This document shows positions 52,844 to 63,871 of a stretch of DNA of 63,871 nucleotides, piece by piece (the stretch's first letter is position 1; every line of letters begins with the position of its first letter). Below the pieces are notes generated by a model. That model saw nothing but the letters and a program-made list of their open reading frames with translations, made no database searches and was not told the origin of the DNA. Location: NCBI GenBank assembly GCA_977016875.1, contig CDRNST010000599.1, positions 1-63,871 on the forward strand. The letters run 5' to 3'. The stretch is from Pavona decussata. Lineage: Eukaryota. The position numbers and the translations under genes are program-made.

Positions 52844-53091
52844 AAACCCAGTAGAGTGCTTCCAGACTATTAGACCAGGATTCAATGGCATCACATCTAC
52901 TATCTGTGGTATATTATAATAATGAAGGTGTATGTACAGACCAATTATGGTCTGTACATACACCTTCATTATTATATGTACAGACCAATTATGGTCTGTA
53001 CATACACCTTCATTATTATAATATACCACAGATAGTAGATGTGATGCCATTGAATCCTGGTCTAATAGTCTGGAAGCACTCTACTGGGTTT
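52844..53091. mobile_element. Long palindromic MITE-like element (~100-bp arms)
   Basis: aaacccagtagagtgcttccagactattagaccagg... mirrored by ...cctggtctaatagtctggaagcactctactgggttt, with an internally duplicated centre. Confidence 0.8.
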
Positions 53092-53379
53092 GAAAGGTTA
53101 CCGTTAGTTACCCTGTGTGTATGCGCATGGGGTCTAGTAATCAGTTTTGTCTGTCTGTCGTTGGCTGTCTTGTCGTTAGCACGAGATCACCACTTAGAAG
53201 ATTCAGGCATCAGAGAGATTCCATGACATTCCTTTTCTTTGAAATGCTTGGTAGTGTCCATGAATTGTGCAAGTCGTGAATTTCAACCGGCCACTCCTAT
53301 CAACCACACCCAGTGACAATGCCATGACATTGTGCCTTTGTTCATATGTGCATGCTCAAACTATTGACCTCCTTTTCAT

Positions 53380-53970
53380 TAACGCTCGTCGCATGCGCGA
53401 GGGTTACTGTAATCACTAGTGTGTCCGTCTGTCTGTGTGTGTGTCTGTCTGTCTGTTACTAATCTAGCGCCATCATACGACGTTTGCGCGACAAATTGAA
53501 CTTACCAGACAGGTCTTTACTGAACTCGGAAGGTTTTCAACTTGCAGATTTCGCTAAAACGCTTTCTATCCCGCTTTATCGCTTGTTCTTCGCTCTCGCA
53601 CGGCGAAGGCGGCCATTTTGAAACATTGAAGTTTCAACGCGTGGACTTCATTTGATGACCACTACCACAACGAGCGGTAAGAGTAGGTAAAGGGTTGTGA
53701 GCATTAAGGCGCTTACCATACTTGCTTATGCGCGCGCGTTAAGAGTAGGAATCGGTGGTCAACATAAAAGGCGCTTAACACGCCGAGCGTTTTGCACCTT
53801 GGTGCTTTTATTTCATCTGAAGCTAACATAGGCATACCATACCTAGCCTCAGATAGGCGCGAGCATACATGCAAGCACTCAGTAGAAAACAGAAAATATA
53901 AAGGCAGCAGCACTGACACGTGTGCATGCGGCGTGCGAAGGGGTATGTGCTCTCAAGAGTTGTAGCTATT
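53380..53970 (+). mobile_element. DINE-1/HINE-like non-autonomous element (putative)
   Basis: ttaacgctcg..gcatgcgcgagggttac start followed by a gtccgtctgtctg microsatellite; related starts at ~53108, 54303 and 54892. Family call and right end are inferred. Confidence 0.45.
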
Positions 53971-55221
53971 TTTAGCTACATCAGTTGGTAATGTGCACTT
54001 GATTTAGCTTCTTCAAATTTGGTGTGACAGCCAATGGTTTTACATGTAGTTATTGCAAAGTCCTTGTCAGGTGTGCTATATTTTGGATACTCGTCTTAAT
54101 TTCTAATGGCTGTGATACATGTGACATAATTAATATCCCTTTATCGTATATTTGGAAATTTTTTCGCACTTATTTTTAACGTGTTAAATTTTCATTTGTC
54201 TATATTTCGCCACTTGCCTGTCTGAGTGACGAGAGTAACTTGTACTGTGTGTAATTTTCGTGCATTAACATTTCGCCAGTGAGCATCTCAGTTTACTTCA
54301 ACTATTACCCTACACGTATGCACAAGAGGCAAAGTAATCGATTTATCCATCATCGGTCGTTAGCACGAAAAACACCACTTTGGAAGTTGCAAGCATCTGA
54401 GAGACTCTTAAGCAATCCGATATGTCCAAATTCGTAAGAAATTTGTCCTTAGTTTTCTTTCGAAACGTTTGCTAATATCCATGAATCGTACAAATCGTGC
54501 ATTTCAACCACACCAACATTCAAATGCCATGCCTCGTTGTCAAATGGGCATGCTCAGAACTAGCAGGCAGTTCACTTTGGTTGTGCATTCCATCATGCAT
54601 TTCTCTATTAGCCTTCTCAAAAAGAGTTCATCCTGGATGTTGCACAGAAGTGCATGCAACAGGTCACTCCTAAGAGCAGTAGCTCTTCACCATGGCCCAA
54701 CCGGCAGTCGTGGCACTGCTGCTGGGTGGTGACCTAAATACAATAAAAGTGCAAATTTAACTAATTCACAACTTAGATCAAGAGTATATATACTCTTGCT
54801 TAGATGTACATCAGATGATGTCATTATAGAGCATCCATAGGGCCAGGGAGAGATTTTCTAGAATACAGTAGAGCAACTGTATTCGATGATCAATGCTCAG
54901 TGCGCATGCACACGAGGGTTACGGTAGACTGCATGTTTACCTGTTTGTGTGTGTGTTTGTCCGTTACTGCTCTAGTGCCAAGGTATGGCATGCATGAATG
55001 CAAGCCGCTTTTACAGATACTTCTCTATAAAATAATATACCAGAATAAGTAGCAATAGGAGCATTCACAAGCAAACTCTTACCATACTACCACTAGAATA
55101 ATTAAGTGGCACGCAGGTAGCTCCCGTAGCTAACATATGTCACTGCAATATGTGGCACACTCACACATGTACACTTTAACCCCTGCAATCATTTGTGATA
55201 TCATTATACTATGCTTACTGT

Positions 55222-55912
55222 TGTGCGTCCGTGCGTCTGTCCGTCCGGAAAGTATCACCGGAAGCCATTTGACCCCTGTCCAAAAACCTGCTTTCTTTGC
55301 ATATCTGAGCTTTGACGTTACAGAAGCAGTTGATCGAAAGAGCTAGCAACGGCACTAGGCTAGCATTAAAGTAAGCCGCTATGAAAGGGTGGTAGGCTAA
55401 AGTTAGATCGACATGTAAGGCTTACACTGCCGTGATTCGAGAGGCACGGTGACGGCGAAAGGGAAGGAGTTGGAAGTCGAGGTTGTCCATGGATGCTGTA
55501 TGGGTGTATTAAGCGATTCTATCCCAAGCGCGTATTCGTGATAGTCTTACAGCGGCTTTGGGAGCCAAGCTGCAAGACGACTAACGAGCTTACTTGGCTA
55601 GCTGATTGAAACGAGTGAGGGGCGGGGCTGTAATACGCATGCGTACTCGGACAACTGCTAAGACTATAGTGCTACATTTTTTATTGCAGACTACACTAGT
55701 GTCATGCACTATACAAGGGCAACCTCGATACATGGTACAATGTCAGAGTCCAGTGCAGCATACTCGGGCAGTTTAATCTGGATTATAGTGTGTATCATTA
55801 ATTTCATGCATAGCTAAGCGACACTGTACACTGTAGCTACTGAATTCATCAAAATATTTTTTTATAGTCCATGTAGTATGTAACCATGCTACTATCAAGG
55901 AGGCGAGCTCAC
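55222..55912 (+). mobile_element. Interspersed repeat, inverted partner of 52128-52720
   Basis: See 52128-52720. Confidence 0.7.
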
Positions 55913-55959
55913 TCCTTGTATTATCATAATATAATAATTATATATAATTATATATATAG

Positions 55960-58900
55960 GTGTGATTAGAGGTGTAGCCATCTACTTTGTTATGTTTAAA
56001 AAGAGGCTTCATGCCAAGGTCTGGCATCCACAAAACCCTGTCTCTGAGAACAATGATGCCTCGACTTCTAAGAGTTCTAAGAGGCGTGCGGTCATTGGAA
56101 CAGCAACCTCCAGTCTCCAGTATGTGCATACAACTTTCTAATGTATAGCCATTCGTTCAGATTTCACACTAGACATCATGTACATAGTCTTTCATTACGG
56201 CAGACCTTGCCGGCAAGAATTAGTATGTTAAGGGTGCTGCACCACCGCCCACGCCTAGCAACCACTACAACACAAAGGAATGTGCTGTCTTGTAAAGTTC
56301 TACAGTACTACAAGACTACAACCCACAACAACACCACAAACCACGAATATTAATGATATTCATTGCCTTCTAGCGTAATGCACATGCGCATATGTGGTAG
56401 AATGTGCAATTATGAGCCTTGTGGCTACAAGTTACTTCCTAGCTGCATTCTTTATGCATATTTCGATAAAACTCGATCCACGATCTTCAGAATGGAACCA
56501 AATTTAGAATGTAGCTTCCTGGTTGCATGCTCTAGACCGTAACGGAGAGTTTTTTCCAATTACATAGGCCCTTCATGCAGAACTAATGATGTCATACCTG
56601 AAAATTTGAACTTCCAGGAATTCCCTTTGCAGCACTAGCAAAAGCTCTCCGTTAATGCATTGTCCTTGTTGATATGTGCATGCAGCCAAAGTTTGAGCTT
56701 CTAAAAACAAAGCCAAGGTGAGTTTTATCGCTTTGAAGGTTGTAGCTTGCAGCATCTATAGTACTAGCTTCTTTATTCTTGAAGCAGTAGGGGTTGGTTT
56801 ATAAACTAAACTCCCCAAGGCCTTCAGACTGGTGCTTGTTTCATTGACATAGCTTCTGTAGTTTCAGAGATATGGTCCTTAGCAACCCCTCCAAAAATGT
56901 GCGTGGGCGGTGGTGCAGCACCCAGCCATGTCCCCTGACTTGACCTCCTGCACGCACTATATATGCTGGCATGAATTTGAGTAAATGACAACTTTGCATG
57001 AGCAGAGTGAAATAAATGTATACTGATATATGTAATAGCATCAGTGGCACAATGTCGTGGGGCGACTTGATACTTTGTGCCGCCTGACTCTGTTGTGGAT
57101 ATTGCAGTTGTGTTGTAGCAATTCCGAGTATACTTTGATCATGCATGTAAGTGTATTCAGAAACTATGTATTCAATCTCTCCCTTTCTTTCTCCCTCCCT
57201 TCCCCTTTCTCACACATGCCTCCTACTCATAGATGTGATGGTTCTAAAGAGTTTATGAATAAGGGAGCCAAAAAGGCAAAGATGAACAACAGTGACCCGC
57301 AGATCGAATATGTTCCGGTCGATGGCCGCTACGAACTGATCCATGATTCCCGCCAATGGAACCCCGCCCACCACGAAGCCTTTAGAAATCCCAGACAAGT
57401 GCTCAGCCTTCTTCGAGGCTACAAGCATCAGCACGGTGAGAACCTTGATGTAAATGCCGCTGGTCCAGGAGGATTCACGCCGCTCATGCTGGTTGTGATG
57501 AAGCGTCACGGTAGCCACGATAGCATTCCCTACAACTCGCGCACTAGCTCGGTGTCCAGCGAACACCAAGTGTTTGCCGCCCCCTACTGTAATCCCTACC
57601 ACGACAGGATGGCCCTGATGAATGGTGCAGCTACGGGAGGACGACCTATCTCCAACGGGTCGATGCTTAGTCACGATGGCTGCTTCTACACTCCCCACGG
57701 TTTCATCCCACCGATTGAGAGCTCTGTGACGGCCCTGCTCAAGGCCAACGTTGATCCCAACGCCACCAACGACTTCGGTCAAACTGCTCTCCACCTTGCA
57801 GCTGTTTGCTCACGAGCTGACTACGTTGAACAGCTACTTGAAGCCGGGGCAAATCCGAACATTGGAGATAACTGGGGTCAGAGTCCACTTGAGGTTGCCA
57901 TTGGAGCTGGTGCTGAAGGTCCATTTATGGTAAGACATGCTTGACTATGCATCCACAAATTAATACATGCATAATGCATGCTATGCACATGAGTGTATGT
58001 GTGGTAAATACAGGAGCGTAGTCGTAGCTAGTATACCTGAGAGGGGAGGTCTATTGGGATCTAATGTAATGATTACAGCAGTTGTTTCGAGTTGCCAGGT
58101 CACAGTGGTGCTTCGTAAGTCTAGTAGTGAAATCACTTGGCCATCAAATTTGTTGGCATCATCGGGCATAACATATAATGTTATCTTTACATGTCCACAT
58201 TTCCTTTCCGTTCAGATTCTTATCAACCACCCCAAGACAGATCTGAACCTCAAGTCGGATGGTGGCATTACTCCCCTGATGGCTGCTGTCAAGGTTGCCA
58301 ACCAGTACATGCTCAAGCTCCTCATCAAGAAGAATGCTGATATAGCGGCTTCTGACAACGATGGCCGTACTGCCCTCCACTGGGCAGCTATGTTGGGCAA
58401 TCTGCAGGCTCTAAAATTGATTATCAGATGCGGACCCGAAATGATCAAAGATGCTCGAGATCACAAGGTCTGTTTTGTTTCAATCTCTCTTTCACTCCTC
58501 TCTTTCGATTTCCTCGGCCCTCCCTTCCTCTCTCTCCCACCACATTTTCTTCTTTCGGTCTTTTCTTCCTTCCTCTCTCAGCTCCTCCCTCTTATTCTGC
58601 ATGCATAGCTACCTCATACAACACTCATCCACAACCTAACCCACCAATTGACTATAATGATTATGTTTGTGTACACACACATGCACCTCACAGGACCAGA
58701 CTGCGCTTTTCCTTGCTTGCCGTGAGGGTTACTTCGGTTGTGTGAAGCACCTCATAGACTGTTTTGCCAATGCTACCCTACTGGACAACCTGGACCAATC
58801 TCCAATACTAATAGCCACGCAGAAACAACATCACGATATTGCTGCCCTCCTTCAGACGCAGGGTCCCATCTCCTACCCTCCACTGGTCAATATTCCATAT

Positions 58901-59986
58901 TATAGACTTCCGGGGGGTCAACTCGAGCAGGAGCCAGTGTACTCGTACCCAGTTTTGAGCAGACCTCTGATAAAGCCATTAAAGTCAAAGTCCCCTCAGG
59001 AGCATCGTAACATCACTGACCATCCCGCTGGCCACTCCCATCTCTCATTTGCACAAAAGCCAAACTTTGGTGGTGCTGAGACGGCATCCCTGGTTGACAG
59101 TATGGCCTCTTCCCACCTGACGTTTGGGGATATGGCACATCTTCCAATCTCCACGGATCCATCCTCCATTCCTATGACAACCCATGGTCAGTCCAGCTAT
59201 GCTAACGCTTACTCAAGTGGAACTGCAGCTGCTGTCACTTATGTTTCCCCTGAGACATCGACTGTCCCTCTTCAGCAGCCTGTGGATGGTGGGAGCCCTC
59301 CTATCTGCATGGAAACCAATAGTTTTGTGAACACGCACCCGATGATGGCCGATTATTTGATGTCCAACTCGAAGGAGAGTACCACATCTCCATCGGCAGC
59401 CTGTGTGGTAGTGTCTCAGGCACCGCAGAACTACAATCACCTTGCTAGCTCATCTGCAGTAGTAGCTAGCCCCCCTCAGCAGCAGTTGCCCTCCTATGAA
59501 AGCGAATTCAGTGGTTACAACGTCATGGACCAGCACACCAGTGCTCCTCCCGCGAGTGTCTACAGTAGCAGCACTGGGAGCACAAGAGCTCTACAGCACC
59601 TGCCATACGTTGCCGAAAATTCCATGTCCAACCCAACAACCACAAGAGGAGGAGAACCCCCACTTTTAGTGAGCAGTTATGATGGCTATCACTCCCATAC
59701 CTCTCCACCTCACACGGGGAGTGTGAGCTCGGGGAGTCCACCTTCGGCCTATCCATCCCCTTCGCAGCCAAACAATGAGCTCCATACAAACTACATTCAA
59801 AGCGATGAATACATCTACAGTGTGTCATCACGCACCAGCCCCCCAAGCTTGACTTTCCCATTTGAATCGTGCGAAGACCAGTTGGTCACTGCTCATGGAA
59901 CTTCTCATGTTGACCACACACAAGACTTTTCCTCATACCTCACCGACATTCCAACAGATGGATATGGTAGCATGACCATGATTTGA
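55960..59986 (+). CDS. Notch: Notch receptor, 3' portion (TM end, RAM, ankyrin repeats, PEST-like tail)
   Basis: Exons 55960-56119 (VAIYFVMFKKRLHAKVWHP, RAM WxP motif), 57233-57929 (DVNAAGPGGFTPLM; GQTALHLAAVCSRAD), 58216-58467 (GRTALHWAAM) and 58694-59986 (DQTALFLACREG; S/P-rich tail with YPSPS) splice in phase. No EGF or LNR exons found upstream in the window. Confidence 0.85.
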
Positions 59987-60701
59987 TGACAATGATAATG
60001 ATATAAAGCAAATAGTGACATACAGAGACAACCAACCACAATATTTTTACCATTAATTTCTGTCGATTATTTATTTTAGATTTCCCTGATTATCGATGAC
60101 ATGGTACAAGCGTGTATGTAATTATCCATCACCACAAGTGTGCAGTATCATCATAATACATGCAATTATACATTTATACTGTCCCAAATATGAGCAGAGT
60201 GAAGCAAAATGTTCTCTTCAAAAGCAAAGCAAGACTACACTACTCATTTAGAAGAATATTTGAAGCAATTTAATTTGCACGGCATTGTCAAACAATGCTA
60301 GCTAGGCACTGCAATGCTGCCTGACACATACAGCTTGAGAGCTCTGTGGCAATACAATAGGTGCAAAGATTAGAACTAGTCAAACATGTTCCCACCCAGC
60401 CAGTTAGTCAAAACGAACAGCTCATCATCACGTCCGAGGTGACATCATCAATGGAGACTTGTCGTGTTTGGAGTCAAGAGTTGGATCTTTTGGAAGGGTG
60501 TCTCTTTTTAATGTAGGGACAGACATTGTGCAGGGGGTGAGTGAAAGATCCACATGCTCTGCACTGTTTTGTCGTCCCCAGGCCACTCCCACGGTGTCAC
60601 TGTACCTCTGTAATGTGCAATCACAACATAAATTATTGTAATTTCTTTAGTTTACATCTGTTGTGCATGTCAATTATGTATAGCAAGGAGAAAGTGATGA
60701 A

Positions 60702-60910
60702 TACCGTATAGCTTTAAATTTTCGAGGAGTAAAATTTTCGCAGATGGCCTATCATAAAGAATTTCGAGGGTAAAATTCTCGACCATTAGCACGAACGATT
60801 GCCATACCCACAATGCCTATTTAAATTTTCGAGGGTAACTTACGTGGTTTGTTGAAGATCCTCGAAAACAGCAAAAATTTTACTCCTCGAAAATTTCTAG
60901 CTATACGGTA
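60702..60910. mobile_element. MITE flanked by TA
   Basis: taccgtatagct..aaattttcgaggagtaaaattt ... aaattttactcctcgaaaattt..agctatacggta. Confidence 0.8.
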
Positions 60911-61062
60911 TCTGTACTCTGCTATACGTAACACTATCGAATGCAATATGTATGTGTACACGTGATGCTTTGTAGCTGTTGATGAGAATAGGAATACTTC
61001 TCCTAAATTTGTCTAGATTCACTTGTCTCACTACATGCATGTGCATTTATACGTATTCAAAG

Positions 61063-61316
61063 GGACAGACTGGGAACCATACTCATGTGTAACTAACACC
61101 CCATTTTGTGCACAGCTGCATGAGAACTGCATCCAAGCCGGCAGCCCAGTGTTCATGGTGAGGATGTTGATGTTTGTGCTGATTGGTGCCCTCACCAGCA
61201 TCTGGATTTGCACAAAAAAGATGCTCAATTTGTGGAAGAAAGTTTCATCTTGCATTGCCATGATTGTGTTCTCACGGTGGTCGCACTGCACAGGCCTGGC
61301 CAACAAGTATCCCTGA
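61063..61316 (+). pseudogene. Frizzled-family fragment (TM7 and KTxxxW-like motif)
   Basis: PVFMVRMLMFVLIGALTSIWICTKKMLNLWKK resembles Frizzled VFMIKYLM.LIVGITSGFWIWSGKTL.SW; no other Frizzled exons seen. Confidence 0.5.
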
Positions 61317-61448
61317 CCCAGTTGGCGACTCTAAATGTGTGCACTTAGAGGAAGAGTGTTCCGTAACGTACTTCTATCAGCTGGAGTCGACACATTACAT
61401 GATCAATAGTGCAAGCGGCTCCGGCCTTCAAGTTTGCCTTGTCCCCTT

Positions 61449-63097
61449 GAGTGAACCGACAAACCACATTCACAGATACTTCCACCAGGATAAGTAGCAT
61501 GGAGATAGCTCTGTACCTTCAGTCTGTGGTTGTCATGGACAGACAAGCCACTTTTACAGATACTTCCATGCTACTTATTCTGGTGGAAGTGTCCGTAAAA
61601 GTGGCTTGTCGGTCCACGATAGCCACAGACTGAAGGAACAGAGCTATCTCCATGCTACTTATCTCAGTGAAAGTATGTGTAAAAGTGTAAAAGTGGCTTG
61701 TTGGTCCATGACAGCCACAGACTGAAGGCACAGAGCTACCTTCATGCTACTTATTCTAGTGGAAGTGTCCGTAAAAGTGGCTTGTCAGTCCATGACAACC
61801 ACAGACTGAAGGTACAGAGCTATCTCCATGCTACTTATTCTGGTGGAAGTATCTGTGAAAGTGGCTTGCCGATCCACGACAGCTACACACTAAAGGCACA
61901 TTTACCTCCATGCTACTTATTCTAGTGGAAGTATCTGTGAAAGTGGCTTGTCTGTCCACAGACTGCAGCACAGAGCTACTAATTCTGGTGGAAGTATCTG
62001 TGAAAGTTATATTTGTGTGTGTGTCTCAGCGCGTGTGTCTCAGCATCTGTTGCGTGCGTAAGTGGGACCAGCTGATGAGTCCTCCCACTCTAAAAATAAT
62101 GGACGAAAAGACACACTGTATTGATACCGTGTATCTTCCTGGTTGCTCATATATTGTCATCCATTTATGTTTCATGTTAACAAAAAAAGTATCTGTGAAA
62201 GTATCTGTGAAAGTGGCTTACCGGTCCACGACAACCACAGACTGAAGGAACAGAGTTACCTCCAAGCTACTTATTTTGGTGGAAGTATCTCTGTAAGTGG
62301 CTTGTCGGTCCATAGAGTTACAGACTGTAGCCACAGAGCCATCACCATGTAATTTATTGTGGTGGAAGTGCTAGTGAAATTGGTTTGTTAGTCCACGACA
62401 GTCACAGACTGAAGGTACAGAGCTATCTCCATGATACTTATCCTGGTGGAAGTATCTGTGAATGTAGCTTGTCGGTTCACGACAGCCACAGACTGAAGGA
62501 ACAGAGTTACCTCCAAGCTACTTATTTTGGTGGAAGTATCTGTGTAAGTGGCTTGTCGGTATATACAGTTACAGACTGCAGCCACAGAGCTATCTCCATG
62601 CTACTTATCCTGGTGGAAGTATCTGTGAATGTGGCTTCACGATCCACAACAGCCACAGACTGCAGCTACAGAGTCATCACCATGCAACTTATTGTGGTGG
62701 AAGTATCTGTAAAAGTGGCTTGTCAATCCATGACAGCCACAGATTGAAGGCACAGAGCTACCTCCATGCTACTTATCTCAGTGGAAGTATCTGTAAAAGT
62801 GGCTTGTCTGTCCATGACAACCACAGACTGAAGGTACAGAGCTATCTTCATGCTACTTATCCTGGTGGAAGTATCTGTAAATGTGGCTTGTCGGTCTACG
62901 ATAGCCACAGACTGAAGGCACAGAGCTATCTCCATGCTACTTATCTCGGTGAAAGTATGTGTAAAAGTGGCTTGTTGGTCCATGACAGCCACAGACTGAA
63001 GGCACAGAGCTATCTTCATGCTACTTGTCCTGGTGGAAGTATCTGTGAATGTGGCTTGTCGGTCCACGACAGCCACAGACTGAAGGCACAGAGCTAG
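61449..63097. repeat. 84-bp satellite, short reverse segment then forward array with an HHR spacer
   Basis: Switch at ~61563-61567; ~61686-63431 is the reverse complement of ~20663-22408. Confidence 0.93.
62062..62143 (+). ncRNA. Hammerhead ribozyme variant B (type I topology)
   Basis: gtgggaccag-CUGAUGA-gucc-ucccac..-ggac-GAAA-agacacacugua/uuga/uaccguguaucu (10 of 12 pairs)-UC-cuggu; predicted cleavage after C62138. Confidence 0.8.
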
Positions 63098-63358
63098 TCA
63101 TTACACACTACAGAATATCTTCCCGTGCCTTACTTTCTGACTCTGTCATCTTGTCTGAAATCATCTAATTTGTTAATAATTATATTGCTGTGTCATTGGT
63201 ATCATGCTCCTTTATCAACAAATGACGTAAAGGCAATACTATGAGACACATGAGACACACACAGTATGATTTCTTTATCACATAGAGTGAGTATCATGAC
63301 AGAGCATGAACATCATTGCCATTATACTCACTCAGTATCACACGATTTATGTGGTGCA

Positions 63359-63405
63359 ACCAGTAAGTTCACTGTATGATACAGTGAGCTTTTCGTCCAT
63401 TATTT
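63359..63405 (-). ncRNA. 3' half hammerhead of cassette copy 5
   Basis: Reverse complement of 2446-2492. Confidence 0.72.
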
Positions 63406-63636
63406 ATTATTATTTATTATTGTCTAGGATGTCAAATAGTTTACGAGTTTATATTTGAAATTTGTGAGTTTGTTTGAGAAATCTAGAAGTATCATAACAT
63501 TATGGATTTATAAAGTCCTCTTGACAATTAGATCGCAGCGTTAATTATGTTACAACTATGATCTAAGAGTAACATACATGTAATTATAGCAAAAATCACT
63601 GTACCTACTTAGCGGAATATGATACAGCTTCCCAGG

Positions 63637-63871
63637 TTATTCTGGTACTAAACGTTTTAAATACGCTGTTTTCTCCTTAACAATGGCTATAGGTACTGTC
63701 ACTGAATGTGTGATACGTTCAGGGACTTCAGAGGGTTGTTTTCCCTTTCTCTTTGCCGTAATTTTTTTACTGTACTTTTCTACACTACTTTCATAATATG
63801 AGTTCCACATTGTCTTTGGCCACTGCAAAACTTTGTGCTCCGCAAGTATTAGTCTATTTGTTAATTGTAAT
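63637..63871 (-). CDS. Cassette gene copy 5 (variant C), end of last exon, cut by the window edge
   Basis: ...LTNRLILAEHKVLQWPK...VPIAIVKEKTAYLKRLVPE*. Confidence 0.75.
   Translation of the reverse strand, partial: LQLTNRLILAEHKVLQWPKTMWNSYYESSVEKYSKKITAKRKGKQPSEVPERITHSVTVPIAIVKEKTAYLKRLVPE

Noticed and set aside
57210-59861. Minus-strand ORFs over Notch
   Set aside because: Antisense shadows of the Notch exons.
2885-63097. Dozens of HDSHRLK.. and DRQATFTDTST.. ORFs as protein-coding genes
   Set aside because: They arise from a stop-poor 84-bp unit, are open on both strands and are broken by 83-bp units; no splice or start context.
1-63871. Autonomous reverse transcriptase, DDE transposase or Helitron Rep/helicase
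   Set aside because: No such ORF or motif seen; any mobilising enzyme must be encoded elsewhere.

Overview
Eukaryotic, metazoan DNA with short GT-AG introns and a Notch gene; sponge-like is my inference only. About 40% of the window is an ~84-bp satellite in blocks of alternating orientation, with intron-containing gene cassettes between the blocks. (i) A 6-exon, ~400-aa gene with a PD-(D/E)xK-like fold is present as 4 full copies and 1 partial copy; the copies I compared by eye differ almost only at non-synonymous sites. (ii) There is a diverged paralog with the same intron phases and an intronless Crinkler-type REase-like ORF. (iii) Two related genes encode a C2HC finger plus an En/Spm-Tnp1-like C-terminal domain, one also with a SAP domain. 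(iv) There is a decayed tyrosine recombinase, a complete two-exon PCLAF/PAF15 gene between 55-bp direct repeats, the 3' half of a Notch gene and a Frizzled-like fragment. The most unusual signal is a family of hammerhead ribozymes (HHR) in two co-varying variants. They occur as tandem arrays upstream of the nuclease-like gene, as single copies inside the satellite, and as a split hammerhead whose halves bracket the whole gene, predicting a 3,165-nt self-excising RNA. No reverse transcriptase or intact transposase was found. All alignments were done by eye, and some duplications or inversions could be assembly or amplification artefacts.
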